DNA of 64,000 nt from contig CDRNVI010000040.1 of the NCBI GenBank assembly GCA_977017575.1, positions 620,001 through 684,000 on the forward strand, written 5' to 3'. This DNA is from Paramoeba atlantica. Taxonomy: Eukaryota > Protista > Discosea. Position 1 is the stretch's first letter. Each line of letters begins with the position of its first letter. The notes below the pieces were generated by a model that did not search any database, had not been told where the DNA came from, and saw only the letters and a list, made by a program, of their open reading frames with translations. A program made the translations under genes and the position numbers. Shown here piece after piece: positions 11,171 through 21,945 of the stretch.

Positions 11171-11917
11171 ATGTTCGCCTTCTCCAAACTCCATACCGCG
11201 CCTCCACCCCCTCGTTTGCTTCCCATTCTTCAATACCCCACACGTGCTCTCCTGGGCACCCCCTCGAGCTTGCCCCAGGACGGGATTTACGCCTGCGGCG
11301 GCATCGGGTTCCAACAAAAGCTCCAGTCCCTGCTCCACACCCGTGCGCACTACGCCTACCCCTCCCTATCCGCTCCTCAAGTCGGGTGGGATGCCAAACT
11401 GTTTGTTGGATTCGACGCTACTCATTCCCTGCGAGCATTCATTCACCCCCGTGTGGTACACACCAGCCAGGAGACCTGCTGGACATGGGAGCCCTGTGCC
11501 TCCTGTGGGTTTCTGCTTCACTACATTGAACGACCCGCGGAGGTTAAACTGGAGGCAAGCAATGAGGTAGGGGTCAGGGAAGCCGTAACACTCAAGGGTA
11601 TGGCCGCACGTATGGCACTGCATGAAATGGATCACTTGGAGGGACGGTGTTACTACCAAAGGGTGCGGGATACACGTCATGCGGTGCCGTTTAGTGGATT
11701 TACGATCATGGAGCAGTGGCCTGTGGATTTTCCTTCCATCGAGGCCCGGAGTACCCAACTGTACTCGCTCTATCGTCCTCCCTATACGATACAGATGGAT
11801 TCACTTCCCGAGAGTAATTTTTTGTACCGCACTTTTGGGCAAGAGATTTATCCTGGAAAAGATGAAGACGAGCTCATGGCACAATACATGGCATTAGGCT
11901 CCGCGAAAGCTACATGA
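11171..11917 (+). CDS. Peptide deformylase-like protein (mitochondrial, divergent)
   Basis: SAPQVG (motif 1, degenerate), EPCAS (motif 2), HEMDHLEG (motif 3). ATG at 11171 gives a presequence-like MFAFSKL start. Confidence 0.8.
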   Translation: MFAFSKLHTAPPPPRLLPILQYPTRALLGTPSSLPQDGIYACGGIGFQQKLQSLLHTRAHYAYPSLSAPQVGWDAKLFVGFDATHSLRAFIHPRVVHTSQETCWTWEPCASCGFLLHYIERPAEVKLEASNEVGVREAVTLKGMAARMALHEMDHLEGRCYYQRVRDTRHAVPFSGFTIMEQWPVDFPSIEARSTQLYSLYRPPYTIQMDSLPESNFLYRTFGQEIYPGKDEDELMAQYMALGSAKAT

Positions 11918-12040
11918 CATGAACGAAAAACTTTTTATGAACTTGTGCATGTTATTTTTCTAGAATCGCGCAACCTAGTACACGTATGGTCAAAAAATGT
12001 TCTTTGTTTCGTAAAATACATACATACGTGTACAGATATA

Positions 12041-13016
12041 CTGTGACCCCCCTTACTTCGCCTCCCCCCTTACTTCACCACATTTAGTCACTGGACGTGT
12101 GGTGAAGTAAGGGGGGTGTCAGATTTTTCCCCAGGCAACTTGCCACCTCTTTACACAGCCGGAGGGGTGCACTTCAACCGACCGTTACATCGGGGTAAGG
12201 CGAGGCAGAGCCACGCCCAGTGGTCTTCAAGGGGGCGACACTGATGGCGCACAAAGATCGATGCACAAAGGTTCTTGGTGCAACTTTCTTAATGAAGAAG
12301 ACGCTGTCATACCGGAATTTTAAACCACAGTCCGTTTTAACGTTCCGGGGGGGAATGTTCACTGCTACAGGAATGTTACGTAGCTGCAGGAATGATAACT
12401 TTTGAAGACTGTCTTGGGTTCGTCGACGCAACGGGCTGGTAGCAGCACGTTGTTGCCGCCTTGTACTAACGAAAACAGTTAGAGTACTTCGGCCTCGAAA
12501 CTTTCAAATCTATCTGTGAAGGGTCTGGCTTGCCAGTGACCGATCGGAGCAATACGGAATGATTTAGATTCATTGAACTATTTCTAATTCAGAACCGTTT
12601 TTTTCCATCTCAGTTTCATTATCGCTTTGATCATAAAGTTGCGCCACAGCGTCTTGTAGTTCTAAAATTCAAATTGGTGTTCAATAAGTTATATTCTGCG
12701 ACATCATTTAAATTTTACGATGTAAGAAATTTTCATGGGTCGAAAGTTAAAAACGCATCGGACATCGTGGACAAGCTAGAAGAAACATAAAATATAGAAT
12801 GTGCAACACGAGGCATTACAACACTCAAGAAAAAGAAATTATGCTCAATGTCGATAGCATAGTGTACTTCAATAATTTGAGGATTTCCGAGAGAACTATA
12901 AATTGATCGAACTTTGAATCGCTTATTCACCTCCCTTACTTCACCACTCCCCTTACTTCACCACAAAGTACGGGTTTTGGACCAAAAAGTGGGGGCTAAG
13001 TAAGGGGGGATAACGG
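12041..13016. mobile_element. TA-flanked TIR element with CCCCTTACTTCACCAC subterminal repeats
   Basis: TA|CTGTGACCCCCCTTACTT ... AAGTAAGGGGGGATAACGG|TA. Each end is itself a small inverted-repeat cassette (12041-12119, ~12929-13016). No intact internal ORF. Confidence 0.7.
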
Positions 13017-13324
13017 TATGCACAAGTTTTTGGGGTTTGTGCATGTTAAGGGGGGGCGTAAGAGGGGGAGAACCAGCCCCCCCCCAAAAAAAAATGAATT
13101 GCGCCGCTTCGCGGCGCTTTTAGTTTCTGTGCGTTTTTCGAACGTACGTGGAGGTGAGACGTACACTGTTTTAGGAGGGGCAGTTTGATCACGAAAGCGA
13201 TATCTGGCCAAAATTTTACATCGCAGTAACCACATGGCCCTTGAAGCAGACAAATTGGTGGCTGACAGCAAACACGGTAAAATTTTTCTAAACCACATAC
13301 CCGTTTAACATACCTATACCTTGG

Positions 13325-13378
13325 ATAACATACCGGGGGGTATGTTATTTTGGCCCGCGACACTTAACATACCCCCCC
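13325..13378. repeat. ATAACATACC-G4/5-GGTATGTTAT palindrome family, copy 1
   Basis: Perfect 10-bp arms at 13325-13348 plus half-site TAACATACCCCCC; same motifs at 17170-17385. Confidence 0.75.
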
Positions 13379-13602
13379 TCATCCCACGGCTTTTTTTGTG
13401 CAACGGTTTTTTGTACTGTTGCACAAAAAATCCAACCGTAAGATCACGTACCTTTTTAAACAAAATATTTCTTTTATGCATTTTTCGATGTATTTTGATA
13501 CGTTCTAGCATTTGGTACTACGTGCGGTACATCTTTAGATACAGGTTCTAACAGTGAAAGTGTTTTTCTTCTCTTTTATATTTCATTACCAGTCTACTTA
13601 AC

Positions 13603-13890
13603 ATGCCTATAAGTATGGAAAGCCATACTTGTGCCCTGATTGTTCACAATCTCCAAGTTTTTCATCGTCACGGCTGGAAAGGAAAATATCCTTCAATAAC
13701 TCCCGACAAAAAAGAAGAACTTGAAAAAGAGATCAAGGACCACCCCGCTCAGTCATCTCGATATCTAAACCCTTTCGAACCCAATAAAAAGCGGCTCCGA
13801 CGCGAAAATCCAAGAAGTGGATTGACCCAAACCTACACTGATATACTATACAGGGGCGAACAGAAATATTGCCCCCCGGCGGAAATTTGA
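13603..13890 (+). pseudogene. Possible IS630/Tc1 transposase N-terminal HTH remnant
   Basis: GKYPSITPDKKEELEKEIKDHPAQSSRYL resembles the GRP...I...P..S.R.L HTH pattern; lies among TE relics. Weak. Confidence 0.3.
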
Positions 13891-14362
13891 TTTTTTTATC
13901 CGTTTTTGCTCATCTTTGCAGCATTGGAGAGATCTCGCTTTCCTAGCGAAGGGCTTTGCCACCTTTTTTTCATAGGGACCCTCTGGGAACCCCTAGGGCC
14001 CAAAAACATGATTTTTAGCAAATTTTTATCCCCCACGTACATTTTTCCCTTTTGTGAAACTATGAAAACAAGACCTACAAACCCTAAACCCAAACTCCGA
14101 ATAGTATTAGAAAATGACGGCGGACATTCTGGGTACTAATCTACAAAGTTTAAATCACGTACTAGTTCTTACTGATGGGCATTTTCTGCATTTTCCCATG
14201 TAACTTTCAAAATCTGAGTTTGCTAAAATCTTGTTTTTGGTCGATTTTCGGGTCGCCGTATGAACCCCAGGGGGTCCCTATGAAAAAAAGGCGGCAAAGC
14301 CCTTCGCTAGGAAAACGGGATCTCTCCAATGCTGCAAGGATGAACAAAAACGGATAAAAAAT
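13890..14362. mobile_element. Fold-back element with ~130-145-bp inverted arms
   Basis: 13890-14022 is the near-perfect reverse complement of 14218-14362 (ATCCGTTTTTG..GCAGCATTGGAGAGATC..CCTAGCGAAGGGCTTTGCC..CATAGGGACCC). Confidence 0.8.
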
Positions 14363-14676
14363 ATATAGTGCTAGTTCAATGGGAGAATTCGAAGACATTA
14401 CCTTCAGCCAGATTGTAGTACAGGACGAATCTGAGTGACAACCCCTCTTCATCAGGTTTCGCAAACGTGAAAGATCGCGCCGCGAAGCAGCGCGAAAAAT
14501 AATTTGGTCCTTTTCAGCTAATTTTTTAATATTCCTATACCTCGTTATTCCTATACCCTCTTAATATTCCTACCAGGAATATTAACCCGGACAGTGGTTT
14601 AACTCGGTCTACTTTACCTACATGCAATTATCCTAGCGGCCGAGCCATTGAACCTTCTCAAAAAATGTCACAAAAA

Positions 14677-14770
14677 CCTACACGAGCCTACACGAATCTA
14701 CACGGATTACCACGAACCTACACGTACCTACAAGCTCGTCACGCACCAATACGAACTTACACAGACCTAC
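14677..14770. repeat. Degenerate 10-bp tandem repeat (CCTACACGAR)
   Basis: cctacacgag cctacacgaa tctacacgga ttaccacgaa cctacacgta cctacaag. Confidence 0.7.
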
Positions 14771-14980
14771 TGCATACTCTCCATTATTATTACGATTATT
14801 ATTACGATTTTTCTCGAGAGATCGTAACAATAAACTGCTTTCACATTATTATCACCACTTAAGACAAAAAAATCCCTTCTTTTATTTTATCACCCCATGC
14901 TGAGACAGAAGGCCGCAAAAAACACACGTTCCCCCAGTCAACCACTTCCGGTCCCCTAGAATAATGGCCGTTGTGGCTTG

Positions 14981-15030
14981 CACTGGCTGGCACAGGTTGA
15001 CACTGGCTGGCACAAGTTGGCACTGGCTTG
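14981..15030. repeat. 20-bp tandem repeat, ~2.5 copies
   Basis: CACTGGCTGGCACAGGTTGA / CACTGGCTGGCACAAGTTGG / CACTGGCTTG. Confidence 0.75.
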
Positions 15031-15268
15031 CAGTGGCGGTATGCATGGGGTCCTATACGGTCTTTCGTATCACAAACTTCCAGTTGTAAAAAGCATATGA
15101 GGCAAATTCGGGTGTTTTTGGATCCGAAGAAGGGGGTCTCGGGTCGTCCAACAGGTACGTTTCTCTTTCTTAAAACTATCAGTTTATGGTGTTGCCTTTT
15201 ATTCTTTGCGAAACAAAGTTTTTCCAGAAAGTTTTTTGTCGGGCCAAATATTGGGCGAAATTCTATTA

Positions 15269-15601
15269 CAGTGCAGGGCTTTATTACGGGACGGGTTAAT
15301 TAAGGGACACCCCCCATCATGTCCAAAGTGTCCCGTAATTAACCGTCCCTTAATTCTCCATTTTGTTTTCTAAGGATTTCCTATACCTTTTTCTTTCAAT
15401 TACGTTCCTTTATTTAGCTTCTTTTCGTTCAGTTATCTTACAAATACACTTTTATGTGTGCCTAATAACTTGCGCGCTCTGTTGCTTGGACGCTACATTC
15501 GTAGTTCTTTTGTCCCATTCCAAAGGTATGACCCCACCCCCATATTGTCCCTTAAATACCCGTCCCGTAATTAAGCCGTCCCGTAATAACACCACGCACT
15601 G
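15269..15601. mobile_element. Tc1-type MITE (CAGTG ends), copy 1
   Basis: TA|CAGTGC ... GCACTG|TA; subterminal inverted TTACGGGACGG/CCGTCCCGTAA repeats; second copy at 31301-31612. Confidence 0.85.
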
Positions 15602-15785
15602 TAATATAGAGTAGCGAAGGAGTAGTATCTCCCTCAATTAATGTTATTGTTATAACTTATAAGTGTGTCACCGGTATCTCCACATATTTAGACGCAAATC
15701 AGAGATTTAAAAGCACAGAGCCTTTTCAAGAAATTGGGTAAAAATAACCAAAACATCTCTATAACATCTCTATAATCATCATTGT

Positions 15786-17060
15786 ATGTACTTCGCTCTT
15801 AGCGAGGATTTTAGTCCGGATCACAAGCGGAGGCGGAGCGCTAAGGTTCGTGGTGCCCTATTTTCCCAAGAAATTGAGCTGCAACAATTCGTACGCTCAT
15901 TGGAGCGCCCTCCTCCTTGGAATGCCACAAAAGATGTTTGCTCTTGGTCGGGGGTGCATTGTAATAGTAGTCATATAGTCACCTCAATAAAGCTTCAGAG
16001 TTTGACCTTAACGGGAAACCTTACGTGGGGTTTCTTGCCTCGTTCCTTGAATGAGCTTGACGTCTCCATGAACCGTATCATGGGTCCTATAGAGACGGAG
16101 CTTCTTCCTCGAAATCTTCGAATCTTTAAAGTCTTTCTCAATCTTTTCGAGGGCACTTTTGATTTTTCTGCTTTAGGGAATGAATTGCTTGCTATCGATA
16201 TTTCTAGCAATCAACTACAAGGTGCGTTTTCCTTTAGCGATCTTCCACGTGAATTGGAGCTCCTAAAACTTTCGCATAATCAATTTTCGGGATCTTTTGA
16301 AGACTGGGATTCGTTGCCACCGAAAATGGAATGGCTCGATCTTCGAACAAATAGTTTTTTTGGAAATGTGTGCCTCGATAATTTATCTTCTGTTGTACCT
16401 CAGTTACTTTATCTCAACCTAGAAAACAATGGTTTTTATGGGTCTCTTGATTTGAGTAAGCTTCCCAAAGGCCTTCGAGAACTGTATCTAGGTATTAACC
16501 AGTTCAGCTCTCAGCTCTCGCTTGACACTCTACCCTCAACTCTTACTTGTCTACAATTGCAGAAGAATCACTTTGTTGGTCCGCTGAATCTATCATCTCT
16601 CCCACAGGACTTGGTCACACTTTCCGCAGAGTGCAACCGTTTCAGTGGTCCTTTGGAACTATGCAACTTGCCTCCTACTCTTGGCGCTCTTGACGTGAGC
16701 AAAAATACGTTTTCCGGGCCCCTTGACGTTACTCATCTTCCCGGAACTCTACAAGATGCGTATTTTCAACAAAATTGTTTCTCTGGTGATATTGACATTT
16801 CGTCACTCTCGGAGTCACTAGAAGTTCTTTCTGTAGCGGAAAACCGTTTGACAGGCCAGATAGACATGAATCATCTTCCGGCCTCACTACAAGTTCTTGA
16901 TCTTAGCTACAATTGCTTCAATGGGGAAATTCGTCTTGAAGTTCCGCCCACTCTGGAAACATTATGGCTCGCTGGTAACTACTTTACAGGGGAAATTAAA
17001 GCATCCTATTTAGAAGGCGTGGACATAAATTACGAAGAGACTTTCTTAAAAATAGTTTGA
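15786..17060 (+). CDS. Leucine-rich repeat protein (lineage-expanded family)
   Basis: N-cap WSGVHCN, then ~14 repeats of LxxLxLxxNxFxGxLxLxxLP. Confidence 0.9.
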   Translation: MYFALSEDFSPDHKRRRSAKVRGALFSQEIELQQFVRSLERPPPWNATKDVCSWSGVHCNSSHIVTSIKLQSLTLTGNLTWGFLPRSLNELDVSMNRIMGPIETELLPRNLRIFKVFLNLFEGTFDFSALGNELLAIDISSNQLQGAFSFSDLPRELELLKLSHNQFSGSFEDWDSLPPKMEWLDLRTNSFFGNVCLDNLSSVVPQLLYLNLENNGFYGSLDLSKLPKGLRELYLGINQFSSQLSLDTLPSTLTCLQLQKNHFVGPLNLSSLPQDLVTLSAECNRFSGPLELCNLPPTLGALDVSKNTFSGPLDVTHLPGTLQDAYFQQNCFSGDIDISSLSESLEVLSVAENRLTGQIDMNHLPASLQVLDLSYNCFNGEIRLEVPPTLETLWLAGNYFTGEIKASYLEGVDINYEETFLKIV

Positions 17061-17169
17061 AATGGGACCTACTATACGGTACTGTAGTGCGACTCCCCCA
17101 CGTAGAAAGAAGAATTAGAGCCACGGGGCAACCCCCCAGAGATACGTAAACCGGGGTAACATGATACCA

Positions 17170-17385
17170 TACCGGGGGGTATGTTATCGTGAACAGGGGT
17201 GGATAACATACCCCCCCCTCTGGATTTTGGAGTTTGGGGGTCAATTTTTCTTAATTGAGACTTTTTTACATGTGTAGTACTGATCATTTTTTTTTGTTTT
17301 CTTATCAACATGAGCATTCAAGTACAGAGTTGCACAAACGTTAACATACCTGTAACACGATAACATACCGGGGGGGTATGTTATC
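17170..17385. repeat. ATAACATACC-G4/5-GGTATGTTAT palindrome family, copy 2
   Basis: CATACCGGGGGGTATGTTATC (~17170), ATAACATACCCCCCC (~17203), and an 11-bp-arm palindrome at 17359-17385. Confidence 0.75.
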
Positions 17386-17445
17386 CTGTAACACCGTTTA
17401 GTGTTGATTTTTTTCACACGATGCGATGTATATAATGTACTATAA

Positions 17446-18321
17446 CTTCGTTAAACGCGGTGGTTGCTTTCAACTTAGAAGTCACTCATGCTGCGCGCTT
17501 CGCGTTGAAAACTACCGCCGCGTTTAACGAAGAGCCTAAAAAAGAAAATTTAGCCTGGAAAACGGAAAGATTATAGCCAAAAATAGCCGAATTTCGGGTA
17601 CGAATGGGGTCATTTTCGCATATTTTTGCTCTCAGAGCACTAAATCCGACATTTGCGCGTGGGAAATCACTCGCAGGCATGAATGAAAGCCTACCGAACG
17701 CATTGGGTAGAGAATGCGACTCCAACCATACCATTCTTTCGACACAAAAATGCCCCTTTAGGTCCGAAAAATACTTTTTCACCTTTTTTAGTCAAAAATG
17801 GGTCATTTTGGGGGGCGCACCACAGTTCGAAGGAGTGATACCTTGCGAAAACAACTGCGTAGAAAGCTAGTGTAGGTCCCAAACTATCAAAATACAATAG
17901 GGGAAACGATTTTGGAAAAATATTTTTTTTGTCATTTTTTTCGCCAAGTTGAAATTTTTTTCAAAAAAAATTTTCCGAAAAAATCCGAACTTGGCGGACC
18001 CGTCCTGCGGATACGCGGGGGGGTCACCCCCGGGTAGGGGGGTGGAAAATGCGCGCCAAGACCCTGGCCACCCTTTCTGCGGTTTTTTTTCGAAAACTAA
18101 TTTTTTCGAAAAAATTTGCTCGACCATGCCCCCCCCCCCTGGACCCCCCCCCTGGACCCCCCATTTTTTTCAAAAACATTTTTCAGTTTTGGACCACCGG
18201 AGCCCCCTTTTATATTTTTTTCTTCTATTATATTACTGTGTTCCTCTTTATATTTTCACTGTTTTTGTTCACTTTTTTTCAATAATCGAGTGTAGAGCGG
18301 TAGTTTTACAACCACCGCAAT
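17446..18321 (-). mobile_element. Helitron2/Helentron-like family A, near-complete copy
   Basis: ~875 bp non-coding, highly similar to 21074-21945 and 30429-31297. Small hairpin GCGGTAGTTTTACAACCACCGC at one end and the long fold-back at the other. Confidence 0.72.
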
Positions 18322-18658
18322 GTACTATAATACTATAATGTACTCCTTTGAACTCATGGAATTGCACACAGCTTTTTGCGTTTTAAGGCTCACTATTCTG
18401 GGAATGGTCAGACGTGCAACTTTAATAATAAAAAAATTTAGTGGGTAAAAATCACCCACTATTGGCAATTTTTTTTGCCAATAGGGGGTATGCCCCCCCT
18501 TTTTTCTGTGTGCACATTGCACTTTATACACAAGCCGTTATGTTACTGACAATCCACCATCTTTAAAATTCGGAAGCACCACTGCAGAATGAACAACAAA
18601 TCCATTTATTTGCCTTGGTAGCTCGATTTCAGATTTTAAGAATGTTATTATAATCCTT

Positions 18659-19162
18659 ATGTTCGGATCATCTTGTCCATGTCGAAATTTTTTTCCGCTC
18701 GGGCGCAAGTCAGGCCCTTTAAACGCTTCTGACTACCTCCCTCCTCCGAGCTTTAGCCACAAACTATGGGACTTGGTACGCCCTAACAAATCAGTTTCTC
18801 GCCGTGATCTATTACAAGAGTGCGAGCATTGTCGTTACATTTGGTCTCACGACCGTCTATTAAACTGGTGCCCTATGCACCCGTGGCACACAAAAGCCGA
18901 AAGGTGGTATCGACCGGATTGGATCATGCATATTCGCAATCCGAAGCACAGCTTCAAGCAACTTCGAACTAATGTTCATCCGCGCACTGGAGCTTGGATT
19001 AGCGATGAAGCTAGTCGCTCCAAGCACAATGAGCCACGCACGGTCGGAATTAGTTCTCGTGCCATGCATGTCTTAAAAGATAGAGCAAAACTAGCAGTTA
19101 ACATATCGGGTCTTAGTGGATACCGTCGGCTTTGGAAAGTCAAGTTTCCTTGGCCAAGTTAA
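18659..19162 (+). CDS. Mitochondrial ribosomal protein bL36m, kinetoplastid extended type
   Basis: CEHCRYIWSHDRLLNWCPMHPWH fits the L36 C-x2-C...C...H zinc motif; extension HPRTG...NEPR...FPWPS resembles trypanosomatid bL36m as recalled. Confidence 0.7.
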   Translation: MFGSSCPCRNFFPLGRKSGPLNASDYLPPPSFSHKLWDLVRPNKSVSRRDLLQECEHCRYIWSHDRLLNWCPMHPWHTKAERWYRPDWIMHIRNPKHSFKQLRTNVHPRTGAWISDEASRSKHNEPRTVGISSRAMHVLKDRAKLAVNISGLSGYRRLWKVKFPWPS

Positions 19163-19578
19163 TTCATTCTACCCATAGTTAATTCTGTTGATGGTCCTAA
19201 ATGTGTGTTTTGTAAGCGAAATAGAGACAAATGGCCTGTTTATTCATGAACCCGATTTAAAATTGGGTTTCAAAGTCGGGAAACCATTTCCAAAAATAAC
19301 TTTTGGATGCTGTCAGTTAATTTTTTTGAGGCTTTTCATTACACCTGGCAAATTATACCTTGATATGGTCGGTAGACCAGGTGGTAGCTGTAATGTAAAG
19401 CACGAAGCGTGAAAGTGTTCACTATTAAAAGGGTTAAGGGCCAACAGTGGCCCTTAACGAAACCGCTGAAACATACAGTAGTGTAGTAGTGCAATTATGA
19501 AGATTTGGTGATTTTAGTATAAACGTTATTTAATGCATATCCCTAACAAACTTCTTTTATCGAAATCAAAAATACGAT

Positions 19579-20463
19579 ATGTCTTCAAAGTATACTGATG
19601 TACGAGCCGTTGTACTGACTCCATGCTTTGGCGGGAGCCCAATAAGTGGTGCTCTTCAAAAACTCGGATTTTCTCCTTACACTTTTACGCATTCGATTAC
19701 CGGTAAAAACGCTTTGTTTCATCCCAGGCAAGTGATGAAGGCTTTTCGGAGGCAGCCCAGAGGTACTGTAGATTTAGCAACTCTGTTAAACGGGTACGAC
19801 AGTGTTGCGGGTCTCCCAGGTAGTGCCCTTTGGCCTCAGCTTACTGCTCGATTTCCAAAGGCAAAATTTATACTAGAAAAATATAAGCCAACAGAAGATG
19901 AAAAGGCGGCACTGTGTCGAGCGATGAAGGCCACCAGTCGTGCAGGAATTTTTTCTTCCCACGCAAGCCAACTGAACGACTATTTAACAGTACTTGCTCA
20001 TGAGCAAGAAGAGCTATTGAAAAACCCCGATAATTTTATCGGAAGTTTGCAATCATTCATTCCTAAAGAGAGACTTTTGATAATAGAACACATCAATAAC
20101 GAGGGAGAGGATACGAGCACACTAGTACGGTCGAAAGTCTTCAAGGAGCATGCTAGCCTACGAAATTATCAAAAAAATGCAGAGCAATGGCATAAACTAT
20201 GTTCTGCCCTAAATGTGTCTTGCTCACACATTCCATCTCTAAATTCCACGGAGATAACGCTTTTCGACACGCTTTCCCGGCGAATGAATCGGTATTTATG
20301 CAAAACACTTGCTCTCAATTTTACTCTTACATGCATCCTTTTATCATGCTTGTATGAGACATACAGGGACGCTTGGACAGATCGCACAGACTCAGCAATG
20401 TCGGTAGCACCTGATCAGTATACATGTAGGCCGGTAGACAATGAAATTAGTACGCATGATTAA
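19579..20463 (+). CDS. Sulfotransferase-family-4-like P-loop fold protein (degenerate)
   Basis: ALQKLGFSPY ... LLNGYDSVAGLPGSALWPQLTARFPKAKFIL matches the AL..LG+.PYH / YDA..D.P...F..EL...YP.AK+IL pattern; PAPS-binding loop degenerate. Confidence 0.6.
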   Translation: MSSKYTDVRAVVLTPCFGGSPISGALQKLGFSPYTFTHSITGKNALFHPRQVMKAFRRQPRGTVDLATLLNGYDSVAGLPGSALWPQLTARFPKAKFILEKYKPTEDEKAALCRAMKATSRAGIFSSHASQLNDYLTVLAHEQEELLKNPDNFIGSLQSFIPKERLLIIEHINNEGEDTSTLVRSKVFKEHASLRNYQKNAEQWHKLCSALNVSCSHIPSLNSTEITLFDTLSRRMNRYLCKTLALNFTLTCILLSCLYETYRDAWTDRTDSAMSVAPDQYTCRPVDNEISTHD

Positions 20464-20647
20464 AATGACAATGAAATTAGTATGCATGATTAAACTATAT
20501 TTTAATTTTACCTTTATTTCCATACATGCACTATAAACGTGTATGAACATTTGTGTACGACATGTATAACAATTTAAATGTTCTTAAAAAACATTTATTT
20601 AATTAATTTAATTATTTAACATAACAAATAAACATCACACGTCTTGC

Positions 20648-20949
20648 GCGACCCCCGCTAAATAGGGGGGGAAGGTGGTAGTTGTGTGGTATGGAGGCCT
20701 CTCGCAACTCCGGGGCCTCACCGGGAACAAAGGTGAAATTATTAGCCGGACAGGTAAACAAGGTCTTGGCTTTATTACGGGTTGGGTATGGTGGAATTGT
20801 TGGGCTTCGCAAATGGGTAAACAAGATCTAGGTTCATTGGCCCGGCCGGCCCCTCCGTGCGTTCGGCCTCTCATATTCCCCAAAACAACTACCACCTTCC
20901 CCCCATTTATCTGGAGTCGCTCGCGCGACCCCCGCTAAATAGGGGGGGA
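20648..20949. mobile_element. MITE-like inverted-repeat element with a duplicated left end
   Basis: GCGACCCCCGCTAAATAGGGGGGGAAGGTGGTAGTTGT (20648-20685) is inverted at 20885-20920; left end repeated at ~20923-20949. Confidence 0.6.
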
Positions 20950-20952
20950 AAA

Positions 20953-21073
20953 GCCCCCTTTTATATTTTTTTCTTCTATTATATTACTGTGTTCCCCTTT
21001 ATATTTTCACCGTTTTTGTTCACTGTTTTTTCAATAATCGAGGGTAGAGCGGTAGTTTTACAACCACCGCAAT
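20953..21073 (-). mobile_element. Family A terminal fragment, head-to-tail with the next copy
   Basis: Direct repeat of 21826-21945; ends ACAACCACCGCAAT and runs straight into TTAGGCTCTTCG. Confidence 0.75.
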
Positions 21074-21945
21074 TTAGGCTCTTCGTTAAACGCGGTGGTT
21101 GTTTTCAACTTAGAAGTCACTCATGCTGCGTGCTTCGCGTTGAACACTACCGCCGCGTTTAACAAAGAGCCTAAAAAAGAAAATTTAGCCTGGAAAACGG
21201 AAGGATTATAGCCAAAAATAGCCGAATTTCGGGTAAAAATGGGGTGATTTTCGCGTATTTTTGCTGTCAGAGCACTAAATCCGACATTTGCGCGTGGGAA
21301 ATCACTCGTAGGCATGAATGAAAGCCTACCGAACGTATTGAGTAGAGAATGCGACTCCAACCATACCATTCTTTCGACACAGAAATGCCCCTTTAGGTCC
21401 GAAAAATACTTTTTCGCCCTTTTTAGTCAAAAATGGGTCATTTTGAGGGGCGCACCACGGTTCGAAGAAGTGATACCTTGCGAAAACAACTGCGGAGAAA
21501 GCTAGTGTAGGTCCCAAACTATCAAAATACAATGGGGGAAACGATTTTGGAAAAATATTTTTTTTGTCATTTTTTTCGCCAAGTTGAAATTTTTTTCAAA
21601 AAAAAATTTCCGAAAAAATCCGAACTTGGCGGACCCGTCCTGCGGATACGCGGGGGGGTCACCCCCGGGTAGGGGGGTGGAAAATGCGCGCCAAGACCCC
21701 GGCCACCCTTTCTGCGGTTTTTTTTCGAAAACTAATTTTTTCGAAAAAATTTGCTCGACCATGACCCCCCCCACCTGGACCCCCAATTTTTTTCAAATTT
21801 TTTTTTCAGTTTTGGTCCACCGGAGCCCCCTTTTATATTTTTTTCTTCTATTATATTACTGTGTTCCTCTTTATATTTTCACTGTTTTTGTTCACTTTTT
21901 TTTCAATAATCGAGGGTAGAGCGGAAGTTTTACAACCACCGCAAT
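21074..21945 (-). mobile_element. Helitron2/Helentron-like family A, full-length copy
   Basis: Both terminal hairpins intact; no TIR or TSD. Confidence 0.75.

Noticed and set aside
17486-18338. Short ORFs recurring in family A copies (MKKYFSDLKG..., MKFFSKK...)
   Set aside because: Frames are not preserved between copies and there are no HUH, helicase or transposase motifs.
19425-19460. piggyBac right end (AAAGGG|TTAA) and a 10-bp hairpin
   Set aside because: No matching TTAA|CCC left end nearby.
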